Positions 1 through 8,963 of a stretch of DNA of 64,000 nt are shown in pieces (positions within the stretch are counted from its first letter, which is position 1; each line of letters starts with the position of its first letter). This DNA comes from a virus, in the IMG/VR virus record IMGVR_UViG_3300002916_000001, positions 1-64,000 of that record, one strand, 5' to 3'. Made by a program: the position numbers and the translations under genes. The notes below the pieces were generated by a model. That model searched no databases. It saw nothing but the letters and a program-made list of their open reading frames with translations, and had not been told where the DNA came from.

Positions 1-76
1 CTGCACTGCATGGTCTGCACTGCATGGTCTGCACTGCATGGTCTGCACTGCATGGTCTGCACTGCATGGTCTGCAC
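1..76. repeat. 14-bp tandem repeat (CTGCACTGCATGGT) x5.4, runs off the window edge
   Basis: Exact units at 1, 15, 29, 43, 57 and a partial unit at 71. Confidence 0.97.
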
Positions 77-395
77 GGAACATCTGAGTTGCAGGGAATG
101 GCAGTGAAGTCACTGGTGAATCTTTGAAGTCAGGGAGCACACCGAAGACTCGACGCGTGCCAGGGGAGACAATGCGGTTTTCGATGACACGTACACGGTA
201 GACGGCGTGGGAGCAGAAGGGATCGAGCCAACGGCCTAGGATGTGGACGGTCTCGCCAGGTCGCACGTCGGTGAGCATCTTGATGTTCACCTTATCGCTT
301 CGATACTTGCCGTGCTTCTCAACAGGTGCGACGTAGCCCGTGCGTTTACTGTGCCTCTCGATGCGCTCTTCAGCGGTTTTACATTGGATGCACAT
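1..395 (-). CDS. Hypothetical protein (MCIQCKTAEERIERH...), 3' end runs into the 14-bp repeat and off the window
   Basis: ATG overlaps the TAA of the upstream gene (TAATG) with a GGAGG RBS; frame stays open to position 1. Confidence 0.55.
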   Translation of the reverse strand, partial: MCIQCKTAEERIERHSKRTGYVAPVEKHGKYRSDKVNIKMLTDVRPGETVHILGRWLDPFCSHAVYRVRVIENRIVSPGTRRVFGVLPDFKDSPVTSLPFPATQMFRADHAVQTMQCRPCSADHAVQTMQC

Positions 396-715
396 TAGTG
401 TGTTTCCTCCCTTCCAAGCGGCGGATTGCCAAGCCTGTTCTGTGCAATCGCGTCATTCTCGATTGCCCAGATGGCACGGCAAACATCATGGAGCGTCCTT
501 GCTTGTCCATGACCTTGCACTGCAACTCTGTGCACACTCATCGCATCATCAACGTTGCCATTGATGAGTCGCTGCACGTTGTCCAGGAAAACCGGCATTG
601 ACAATCGCAGCTGCTCAATGGCTTGCAGTGTTGCAATGCGTTGATGGTCAGTGAGAGGTCCGTGAATGGCAGTGCGATCTGCGACTGCCATGACTACAGG
701 GAGATCATCGGTCAT
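395..715 (-). CDS. Hypothetical phage protein
   Basis: 106-aa ORF coupled to both neighbours. Confidence 0.6.
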   Translation of the reverse strand: MTDDLPVVMAVADRTAIHGPLTDHQRIATLQAIEQLRLSMPVFLDNVQRLINGNVDDAMSVHRVAVQGHGQARTLHDVCRAIWAIENDAIAQNRLGNPPLGREETH

Positions 716-984
716 ACGTGTCCCTCAAGTTTCTCAGCAGGGTCGGCGTAGAAGCTCATGCTAACAAGGCTACCACGCATGTACTGCTCATTCAGGTCTC
801 TCACGTCCTCTTCATGCGCTGGCAGAGAGGCAAATTTGAACATGAGCCTATCCGCATAGATCACAGGGACTTCTCCTTGGCGACACTGAGATTGCAAAGC
901 AGTCAAGGAGATATCACCGGGGGACAACGGTAAACGTCTTCCGATCAATGGGATATCAGTTGGGGGATTATAATATGTTGCCAT
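712..984 (-). CDS. Hypothetical phage protein (likely start MATYYNPP)
   Basis: ORF downstream of a consensus promoter at 1079-1107. Confidence 0.6.
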   Translation of the reverse strand: MATYYNPPTDIPLIGRRLPLSPGDISLTALQSQCRQGEVPVIYADRLMFKFASLPAHEEDVRDLNEQYMRGSLVSMSFYADPAEKLEGHV

Positions 985-1078
985 AATAGTTATTAGCCTT
1001 TCTACGCTATTCGACGCTCTGCATAGTTCTTCTTTGCGGTCTCCTTTCAAAATTGCTTACACAATATATGTTGAGATC

Positions 1079-1126
1079 ATTGTACCACTGAGATGATAAA
1101 GTGTCAAGAGTTGTTCCTGTTGAAAG
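1079..1126 (-). promoter_or_regulatory. Sigma70-type promoter with upstream regulon motif
   Basis: CTTTCA-acag-GAACAA-ctc-TTGACA-17nt-TACAAT on the minus strand. Confidence 0.8.
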
Positions 1127-1328
1127 GCGATGGCATTGCTATCATGGAGTCTTCAATGAAAATCGGTGCAGCCCGTAGGAAGTCGTTGCCAGCGAAAGGA
1201 TAGTGCAGTGTTGTTCAGAGGGTCGTCAGGGCATCGCTGTGAGGTTTTTCGTAGGATGGGGTGCCTCTAAAAAATGGAGCATTCTAGCGCGTTATTCTTG
1301 AGTGTAGCAGTCAACAATTCGCAGGGCA

Positions 1329-1374
1329 GAAACCAAAGAGTGTGCACCGATTGCAGTGCACACTCTTTGGTTTC
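1329..1374. terminator. 19-bp perfect stem hairpin, probable terminator
   Basis: GAAACCAAAGAGTGTGCAC...GTGCACACTCTTTGGTTTC downstream of ORF 1414-1605(-). Confidence 0.65.
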
Positions 1375-1699
1375 CCTTGGAATTTATCGCCACGCAGAGA
1401 ATATCACAGCCTTTCAAGGCTTGTCAACGGGCTTTCCTTGTGTAACATCCTTGCCTTTGCGTCGCCTCTCCATGAATAGCCTTGCCTTCGCTGACTCTTC
1501 GAAGTCACGTTCATTGATCACGCCGTGAGCCACGGGGACTTCATTGAGCGCCCTGGCACGGTTAGAACTAAAGAACATCGGTCCCTTGAATAGTCGTTGT
1601 TTCATCGCTTCCTCCTTGCCTTTCCATGATTATACCATGCTCTTCAGTGACATCCCCTGCTCTCAGTGCAAGACGGGGAGGGCAGGGGATGCTGTGGGG

Positions 1700-2461
1700 T
1701 TAGGACTTCTTGCGCTTAAGATAGCCAGCGCGGGTAAGCCGGATCATAATCATAAGAACATCTTCAACGTGTAACCACTTGATACCATCTGCATGGAACT
1801 TTTCTAGAATGTCCTCAGGCAACCGATCACTCTGTGGCAGGGATGATGCCACAGCAATAAATCCCCGTGCCATGTCATCCAAGTACGAATTGAGGCAGGA
1901 ACGACCCAGGTTTTTCTCAATCCATCCACTAGCGCCTAACGCACCTCTCATCAAATCAGAAAGCTCTGTGGGAGGATCTATCTTGTTACGGAAACGTTCA
2001 AGAATCTTAACCAGTTCTTTAGCAGATTGTATTGCACTTTCAAGTTGGTTTGGATCTTGCAGGGCATTTAAAACCTCTTGCTCATCTTCCAACTCATACT
2101 TATAGGGAGTGTGTTGAGGGAATTTTGAATGAATCCCTTGGAAGTTTGTGAGACTTAGACCATGGTGTCGAATAAGAAAGCTCTCATATGCTCTCACCTC
2201 ATCTCTACTATTACTTGAAAGCACGACTTTTTGTTTAATTTCACGCCCTTCGTCCCAAATCTCTCGTATTCTTTTGCACTTTTCGTTCGTGATAGCATCA
2301 GGTCCAGTAACCCTAGCCTCTTCTATTGTTGAACGCAATCGGGCAGTGGACCCAGAGCCGACATAAAACACACCATATACAGAGTCAACGAGCAGGTAGA
2401 CATGAAAGTCTTTTTTCGCTATACTTCTTTTCATGATAATGGGTGAACTCCTTGTCATCAT
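1700..2461 (-). CDS. GIY-YIG nuclease family protein (LEM-3-like)
   Basis: FHVYLL...VFYVGSG..R, RAYESFLI, LTN motifs. Confidence 0.75.
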   Translation of the reverse strand: MMTRSSPIIMKRSIAKKDFHVYLLVDSVYGVFYVGSGSTARLRSTIEEARVTGPDAITNEKCKRIREIWDEGREIKQKVVLSSNSRDEVRAYESFLIRHHGLSLTNFQGIHSKFPQHTPYKYELEDEQEVLNALQDPNQLESAIQSAKELVKILERFRNKIDPPTELSDLMRGALGASGWIEKNLGRSCLNSYLDDMARGFIAVASSLPQSDRLPEDILEKFHADGIKWLHVEDVLMIMIRLTRAGYLKRKKS

Positions 2462-2653
2462 ACCCTGGGGTGTTCAATGCACCGCCAGGGTAAACCATTG
2501 TAGTGGCAGAGATATCGATGTATAGCTCTGCCTTTTGTTTTGTCATTATCGCACACTTGCGGTATTTTGTCAAGAGTTGGAACAATAGAAAGAGGTATCG
2601 CAGGGATAAGCAGAAGATGTAACTGGCATTGTTGTTCTTGCCAGCACTCACCC

Positions 2654-3027
2654 AAGTGTAAAAATGTAGCAGGAAAATGTTGCAACTTGAGAAGGCATGT
2701 AAGCCTAGTCTGCAAGCAGGGTTATAATGTGCATGTTGCGTGTTGCGAGTGTAGCACCCTCCCCTATACCTACCCACAGGGATACGTACATCTTGCTCAA
2801 ATCTTCCTAATTATCTCTCCCATATATCATCATCATCATATATCATCATCAGTATAAGTTCTTGTTTATAGGCTATAGCCCTGTCTAGACATCCTGCACC
2901 CTGCCAAGACTTATAAGGGGGGGTGCTACACTTCGCAACACGCAACATTGACCGCCTCGCAATGCTCTGCAAGCAGGATCGGCAGACTATGCGCATCGCA
3001 ACATTTTCCTGCTACATTTTTACACTT
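2654..3027. repeat. Nested inverted repeats in a long non-coding region (candidate origin)
   Basis: Perfect 30-bp IR at 2654-2683/2998-3027; near-perfect ~36-bp IR at 2733-2768/2912-2948. Confidence 0.9.
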
Positions 3028-3600
3028 CGCCATCCATCGATCCCACTGCCATCACCGACTTCTCACTGCCATCCCTGCAACACTTCGCCTGCCCTGCCTT
3101 TCCTTGGGAACAACTATTGACAGCTCGACAATGACGTGCTACAATCTGCTCGAGTCCCACTTCTAGTTTTCCCTTTTGCGGGGATAACATATAGGGCCGG
3201 TTTCCCGGTCCTATCACGTTTTATAGAGTCATCTTCATTCACGCTCTGCAACCACTGCCATCCCTGCAACACTTCGCCATCACCGATCCGCCTTGCCATT
3301 TCACAACTCCTGTTTCAAACAAGAGTTGTGACCATCGACCTTCACCGTTCATCCCTGCCTTCACTGCTAATCGCTGCGCATCCATGAATGCCACGACTTG
3401 CATTGAATGCAATGTGTTGCATTGTGATGCACTGCAAGTCCTTGAAAACGGTGAAGGATCGGTGAAGGATCGGCGCAGTGCGTTGCATATAGTCAATGGC
3501 TCTACTCTGCCAATCATTGCAGGTCGTTGCCAGTCGGCGAGGGCTGTGGTAAAGTTGGTGAGAGAAAGTGTCAAGAGTTGTTCTAGTTGAAAGGACCAGT

Positions 3601-3867
3601 ATGAGTATCATTCATTCAAACGGATTTATCACTCTGCCCAATGGAAAGACCTTGCCCTGCACTGACTTCAAGGTTGACATTGAGGAATCGGTGCCACCTG
3701 TCAGTGAAGAAGAGCGAAGACAGGTCAATGAAGCACTCAGGAGAACGCGAGGGATGCAAGGAGTACGCATTGACTTTGCGACGAACTACGAGGATGGCGG
3801 TGCATACCAGCCGACGGGTCCCGTGGTGGATTCAACGCTGGCAGGGAAAGGCGAGGAAGAGCGATGA
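3601..3867 (+). CDS. Hypothetical phage protein
   Basis: AAAGGA RBS then ATG at 3601; coupled to the next ORF. Confidence 0.6.
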   Translation: MSIIHSNGFITLPNGKTLPCTDFKVDIEESVPPVSEEERRQVNEALRRTRGMQGVRIDFATNYEDGGAYQPTGPVVDSTLAGKGEEER

Positions 3868-4145
3868 CCACACTTCGAAACTCCCTGCTTGCAACGACCT
3901 GCATTGTCGGCTTTGTGGGAGCCGTGTATTATACGTTGCCAGGGTATGACAAGCTGTTCTTAGGTGGCACGGGACCACAGCCCACGGGGATATTCCTCTG
4001 CGCAACACTGTTCTTCATTGGGTTTACCATTGCCGTCATTGTCAGTCCTGGGAAGGCGCAATTCTGCCCACAATGTGGGTGCAACATTGTAAAGAAGCGG
4101 GAGCAGTTGAAACAGGCAATGAAAGGCAAGGAGGAGAAGCAATAA
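3864..4145 (+). CDS. Two-TM membrane protein with C-terminal CxxC
   Basis: Two hydrophobic segments, FCPQCG. Confidence 0.65.
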   Translation: MTTLRNSLLATTCIVGFVGAVYYTLPGYDKLFLGGTGPQPTGIFLCATLFFIGFTIAVIVSPGKAQFCPQCGCNIVKKREQLKQAMKGKEEKQ

Positions 4146-4590
4146 GCAAGCAACGAAAACATCAACGACAGAGTGCAACGGCACCAAGGCAGGTCAAGGC
4201 ACAAGCGACTATGCCTATGAAGAACCTGTGGCGTGCTACCCGATAGAAATGGAGATAGAATGACTAAAACAATTATTTGGTATCAGACGCCCAACGAAAC
4301 CTTCGAAGAGCGCGTCAAGCGCATCAATGAAACCCTTCATCGCATTTTCTTTGACAGCAGTGACGACGTGTGCCCTGTGAGCTTCCCACTTCAAAAAGAG
4401 GACAGATCTATCTGTACGGTATGCGGTGCAGAGGGTCGATACTGGCTCTCACTCAAGCACAACGCGCCGCGCTTCCTGCAATCACTGGATGCAATGCAGC
4501 TCATTGTAACGTCAAGGAAGCTCTTGGAAGTCAAAGAAACATTCCTTGCATGGGCATTCAGAAGTCCATATGAGTGCAGTGTCCTTGTAC

Positions 4591-5846
4591 GTCATGAACC
4601 CCATGCTTGAAAGCAGGGGCTTGTTCCTAGCCCGCAAGAGCCGAAACAATAGGCACCATGACTTGTGCCCTAGAGATATTCACAGCAGCGTTAAAGTCTG
4701 CGAGTGCAGCATACCCACATGCCTTACAGACAAATTCAGCTTGACTCCTGCGATTGGCTTTCTCGCAATGCTGACATACAGCACACGTGCGAGAGGTGTT
4801 CCTTGGATCAACCGTATGCAACGGGACACCTGCAAGAGCAGCTTTGTATGAGAGGAAGAAACGGAGTTGATTAAAAGACCAACTGCTATGGCGATTGCGC
4901 TGCGAGCGTCTAACCGTGCTATCGGTACGTTTCCGAATGTGCCTAAGCTCTTCAATCGCTATAGCCTGCCTATGTGTCTTGGCCTTTTGAACAATCCGCT
5001 TGGAGATGACATGGTTAGTGTTGCGCTTGAAACGAGCCTCTTTACCAGAAAGCTTTTTGAGATGTCTTTTTGCCGACTTGGTACCTCGTTTTTGAAGTCG
5101 CTGACGAAGGGAGTGCATTCGCTGTCTGTTTTTCTCGACAGCTTCTCCGCTGAATGTTTCCCCTTCCGAGTCTGTGGCAAGGTTCACTATGCCAAGGTCG
5201 ACTCCGAGCGTACCACCTTCCGGTTCATCGGGGGTTGGAGCGGGAACGTCAAGAGTCACTGCGAGGTAGAAGGTCCCTTGGCGATAGAGCAAATCGGCTT
5301 GCCCTTTGATCGAGTCCATACGGGACTGTTGATAGCCTCCGATACGGAAGGGGACAATGACACGCCCTTGCAGGGTCAAGAGGGAGACTTCATTCAATCC
5401 TTTGAATGCCATCAGGCGTTCATCGTAGGTTATAGCCCCTTCAGATCTGAAGGATGGTTTGATGCTCCTATCCCGCTTGTAGTTATCGACTACCTTGCTG
5501 ATAGCCCTGATAGCCATTTGAGACGACAAATTGAAGCGTTTGCGGATATCGCCATAGACAATCTTCTGAAGCTCAAATTTGTTTGCAAGCTTCTCATCAA
5601 AGGCTGTCTGAGCAATATCGTTACATGCAGCGTTAAATGCATGCATCGTCTCAAGAAGAGCGGTATGTTGTTCTGGCGATGGTGCCAATTTCAAGAGCAT
5701 CGTTTGTTTCATACAAGGATTATAGCATACTTAGAACGATGTTGTCAATACATTTCTAACAATTGGCTAGGATTGAATCCAGCCTTGCGAGGCTGTCATT
5801 TATTCCTCCCCATATCTAAAGAAAGGGGCTTCCTAAATGGGACGTG
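4591..5846 (-). mobile_element. IS200/IS605-family element, tnpB only (IS1341-type)
   Basis: Subterminal hairpins at both ends, right end ...GGGGTTCATGAC, target TTCAC next to the left end, no TSD. Confidence 0.9.
4627..5712 (-). CDS. tnpB: RNA-guided endonuclease TnpB
   Basis: GVDLG / IAIEEL / ADFNAA RuvC triad and CxxC..CxxC zinc finger. Confidence 0.95.
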   Translation of the reverse strand: MKQTMLLKLAPSPEQHTALLETMHAFNAACNDIAQTAFDEKLANKFELQKIVYGDIRKRFNLSSQMAIRAISKVVDNYKRDRSIKPSFRSEGAITYDERLMAFKGLNEVSLLTLQGRVIVPFRIGGYQQSRMDSIKGQADLLYRQGTFYLAVTLDVPAPTPDEPEGGTLGVDLGIVNLATDSEGETFSGEAVEKNRQRMHSLRQRLQKRGTKSAKRHLKKLSGKEARFKRNTNHVISKRIVQKAKTHRQAIAIEELRHIRKRTDSTVRRSQRNRHSSWSFNQLRFFLSYKAALAGVPLHTVDPRNTSRTCAVCQHCEKANRRSQAEFVCKACGYAALADFNAAVNISRAQVMVPIVSALAG

Positions 5847-5958
5847 GTGAAAGCAAATGGTACAAGCATGAAGGCCGCACACGGCAAGACGCTTTTTATT
5901 TAGCAGCACTAAAGGCATTGGGCTACACTGTCATCACTGAAGAGCAGGGAGAGAGTCA

Positions 5959-6360
5959 ATGAAGCTCAAGGCAATCTATCACGGAGATGAGCTTTGCCTT
6001 GCAACGGAGGCAGGGGAGATCATTGAAAGCGTTGAGACTTGCCGTGTATTTTCTACAGGGATGGGCGCAATGGTAGGGCAGCGCATTCCATGCCACTTCT
6101 CAATCATCGTCAACCTTGCAGTGTCTGAGAAAATCATTGACGCCGATGAGAGAGCACTGCCCACACGGACACACATTGAACGCACTGAAGAAGAATTCGA
6201 TGACCGTCTGGATGAGCTGAGAAGACCACCGTTCGTGGAATACGACTACGATCCCGACGAGGGGCCGTTCTTCTACAACGATGCATTCGAGGAGGGAGAT
6301 ATAATGGAAGGACTCGGGGTTTGCCCACAGTTGGAACAGAAAGTTGGAATAGGAAAGTAG
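5959..6360 (+). CDS. Hypothetical acidic phage protein
   Basis: 133-aa ORF with ATGA coupling. Confidence 0.6.
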   Translation: MKLKAIYHGDELCLATEAGEIIESVETCRVFSTGMGAMVGQRIPCHFSIIVNLAVSEKIIDADERALPTRTHIERTEEEFDDRLDELRRPPFVEYDYDPDEGPFFYNDAFEEGDIMEGLGVCPQLEQKVGIGK

Positions 6361-6441
6361 CCCTTCTGGGCTAAAAGAAAGACTGAACGGGGCTTTTTCA
6401 CCTGATCAGCCAGACGTTGAGAGAGCAGAAAGAGGGATTCA

Positions 6442-6593
6442 CATCTACTAAGTCGTATTAGCAGACATGGCCTCTTGCCGAACAAGCACAAATCGGAAGC
6501 CTGATGTCTGCTAACCCAGTGCAAAAAGCCTCAAAATCGATGTCTGCTAACCCAGTGCAAAAAGCCTCAAAATTGATGTCTGCTAAGGTTTGC
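6442..6593. repeat. 36-bp tandem repeat (2.3 copies) with core ATGTCTGCTAA plus an inverted copy
   Basis: Core at 6504, 6540, 6576; inverted at 6459-6469. Confidence 0.9.
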
Positions 6594-7225
6594 ATGTCCC
6601 AGATGACCCTTTCGTCCTATTCGCTATTCCAACTTTCTGTTCTTACCGTGCTCAACCCCCGACTCTGCCCCGATTGCTGCCAAGACCTCTGCCTTCAATG
6701 CGAGCAGTGCTGCACGCCAGCATGCGAGGCAGAGAACTGCGATTGCCCCTAGCGTGCCATCCTCTCGATAGCTATCCCCATCGCGTACACAATCGCCCCT
6801 GCATGAGAGATTGCACACACTGCCACCGGTGCCACAACGACTGCAAAGACAAGCAGCGGCACCCATGTAAAGCCATGCTCTTCCTGGCAACGCATCGCAT
6901 GTCCTCGCAGCACGCCGGTTTCACTGCGCTTGCCACGCCTCGCCGTTGCAAGGAGAACGCGCCGCTTGTTCATGATCGCAGGGAGCTCAAGGGTATCATC
7001 GGGATCATGGAATGTTGCTGGGGAAGGAAGTCTCATCGTCGCTGCCACCATCGCTTATCACAGGGCTTCGTTGGCTGGTCGATGTCTAATCCTTGCGCAT
7101 CCTGGAAAGGCATGGCCCTCCATGAGAAGCCTATGGCAAGGATACGCTTGTCACGGTACATGACATACGATACCCCACATCTCTTGCAGAACATGATGGG
7201 AGTGTCATTCGTGTCAGTGTAGATA

Positions 7226-7804
7226 TCAACCCTGTGCACCACTTTTCCCTGCCTCTTCCATGTGCGCCGCTGCCATTTCCTTGAGTCTTTCCAGGCAAGC
7301 AATGCAGTCCCCGATGGCTCGATGACCACCATTGAGCGGCACCCATGTGTAGGACCCGTACCGTGTTGACCAGTTGCCTTTGAACTGCGAGTACAGCTGC
7401 ATGGCACAGCCCCACTTCTGCGTAAGGTGTGGCAGGTTATAGCGTTGTGCACTCTGTGCAAGCCTTGCCTTGTCAAAGTCAGCATTGAATGCCACAAGGA
7501 CATCCCTGCCCTTCAATGCATTCCGCAGATCGTCCCAGATACCAGGGAGACGCGGTGCAACGCTTAGCTCTTCATCGGTTATTCCATGCTTCTCCCTGGC
7601 TTCAGGGGACACAGGGCATTCAGGGTTGACCAACGAATAGAACAATGTGTTTCCTTGAGGGTCAATGACCCCGACCTCGACAACAACGCCATACAATGAG
7701 GTCGTTTCAACGTCGATAATGGCCCAACTCTCCGAGGGACGATTGTGCAGAAGACCATGTGCACGCCTGGCAGCGTCTTTGCGATCTGCTTCAATATTTG
7801 GCAT
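7226..7804 (-). CDS. DEDDh 3'-5' exonuclease (DNA pol III epsilon-like)
   Basis: IIDVETT, AFNADFD, HRAIGDC. Confidence 0.92.
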   Translation of the reverse strand: MPNIEADRKDAARRAHGLLHNRPSESWAIIDVETTSLYGVVVEVGVIDPQGNTLFYSLVNPECPVSPEAREKHGITDEELSVAPRLPGIWDDLRNALKGRDVLVAFNADFDKARLAQSAQRYNLPHLTQKWGCAMQLYSQFKGNWSTRYGSYTWVPLNGGHRAIGDCIACLERLKEMAAAHMEEAGKSGAQG

Positions 7805-7899
7805 TAGATAAATTCTCTTTCTATTGGAACGTGTTTAGATCAATGATGTGGCTATGATAGCAGAGATGGCAGGGCTTGACAATGCTGGTATGCTGAGCA

Positions 7900-8075
7900 T
7901 GCGAAACTCGTCGCAAGACGGGAAAGATACCTGAGGCCTCGCACGCGGCCTCCGCAGCTAAATTCGTGCCGATGAGGGAACTGTATCGTAAAATACGTCT
8001 CAAATGGCCTCTCTCAAGAATGAGCTGCCCGAAAGGGTAACACAACAGGGAGAGGCTTTTGCACCTCCCCCGCTA
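7900..8075 (+). ncRNA. Candidate structured non-coding RNA
   Basis: Two GNRA-capped hairpins, an H-type pseudoknot, a 3' hairpin, and an extended -10 (TGgTATGCT) at 7886-7894. Confidence 0.4.
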
Positions 8076-8081
8076 GATCAG

Positions 8082-8723
8082 TTAGAGCAACCTCCCTCCC
8101 TCTGGAAACTCCCAAGGGAACTTGTTGCCTTTGCTCAGGTTGCAAGTAGGACATGTCATCACGAGGTAGTCAATACTATTGGCAGGTATATCAGTCCCCA
8201 CTACTCTACTCAGCGGGAAAGTGTGATCGATGTGATAGATATACGTGCCTTTGGTCTTCTGGAAACGCTTCTGGCAGTAGTAACACTTGTGCTTCTGCCG
8301 CTTTAGTTGTTCTTGAAGCTGTTCAGAGGCATAGGTTCCCTTGACGGACTTTTCGTGGGCACGTCGATTGTGTCTATAGGTGCTGTATTTTGCTCGTACT
8401 TCTGGCTGGCTTCGGTAGATGCGAACATGTTTTCGTGCTTCTGGACTGCCTTGATAAGCAAGAATGTGTTTTCGTATCTCTGGACGTTTGTAGTATTCTT
8501 TGGCTTTTGTGAGTATGCAGGCTTTGCACCGAGGGCGTAACCCGTCTTTTTTGTATCGGTAAAAGAATTCGGTGGTAGCAGGTAAAGTACGACCGCACGG
8601 ACCTGCACAGGTTTTCTCTAAGGGGTTGCCATTTTGATCATGAGGGTATAAAGTGTCCACGACATATCTCCTTAACAGATGTGTCCGCGGCCTCGGATGT
8701 TCCACCATCGCGAGGTCAAACAA
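8082..8723 (-). CDS. HNH endonuclease with N-terminal zinc-binding domain
   Basis: CYYC...HIDHTFPLSR...N..CPTCNLSKG. Confidence 0.9.
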   Translation of the reverse strand: MFDLAMVEHPRPRTHLLRRYVVDTLYPHDQNGNPLEKTCAGPCGRTLPATTEFFYRYKKDGLRPRCKACILTKAKEYYKRPEIRKHILAYQGSPEARKHVRIYRSQPEVRAKYSTYRHNRRAHEKSVKGTYASEQLQEQLKRQKHKCYYCQKRFQKTKGTYIYHIDHTFPLSRVVGTDIPANSIDYLVMTCPTCNLSKGNKFPWEFPEGGRLL

Positions 8724-8893
8724 TATTAATTTATACTCATCATTATAGCATAGATCCGCCTCTAGAGCAAGTTTATAGATATTTCATTTGCTGTGCATTT
8801 TCATTGAAGAGCTTAGCATGTCCAGGCAACCCAAGGACAGCAGCGGGAAGCGTGGAATTGACAGTGATGGCAAGGCTGGGGTAAAATATAGCT

Positions 8894-8926
8894 ACCGATA
8901 CTTTAACTATATAGGCAACTATCGGT
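8894..8926. promoter_or_regulatory. Imperfect 33-bp palindrome, candidate recombination/operator site of the adjacent recombinase
   Basis: ACCGATACTT...AACTATCGGT, ending 37 bp before the start codon. Confidence 0.5.
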
Positions 8927-8963
8927 CGTTATCCACATTTTGCATCAAGGAAGGATAGAGTCA

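Larger units (their letters stand above)
4260..5962 (+). pseudogene. Phage ABA-sandwich-like protein gene split by an IS605-family element (pieces 4260-4590 and 5847-5962)
   Basis: Removing 4591-5846 restores the frame ...ECSVLV-R-ESKWYKHEGRTRQDAFYLAALKALG...*; PRFLQSLDAM and LAALKALG resemble the family motifs. Confidence 0.75.

Noticed and set aside
2385-3611. Short ORFs in the palindromic region
   Set aside because: No RBS or recognisable motifs; the shared peptide QHFPATFLH on both strands simply reflects the inverted repeat
4867-5850. 327-aa plus-strand ORF and similar long antisense ORFs (16936-17565, 30355-31362, 44255-45013)
   Set aside because: Shadow frames of real genes on the opposite strand
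6503-6586. 36-bp repeat as a mini CRISPR array
   Set aside because: Units are head-to-tail with identical intervening sequence and no unique spacers. No CRISPR array was seen anywhere in the window.
7890-7980. Hammerhead, HDV-like ribozyme or c-di-GMP riboswitch call
   Set aside because: Only partial resemblance; the required core nucleotides or helix order are not satisfied
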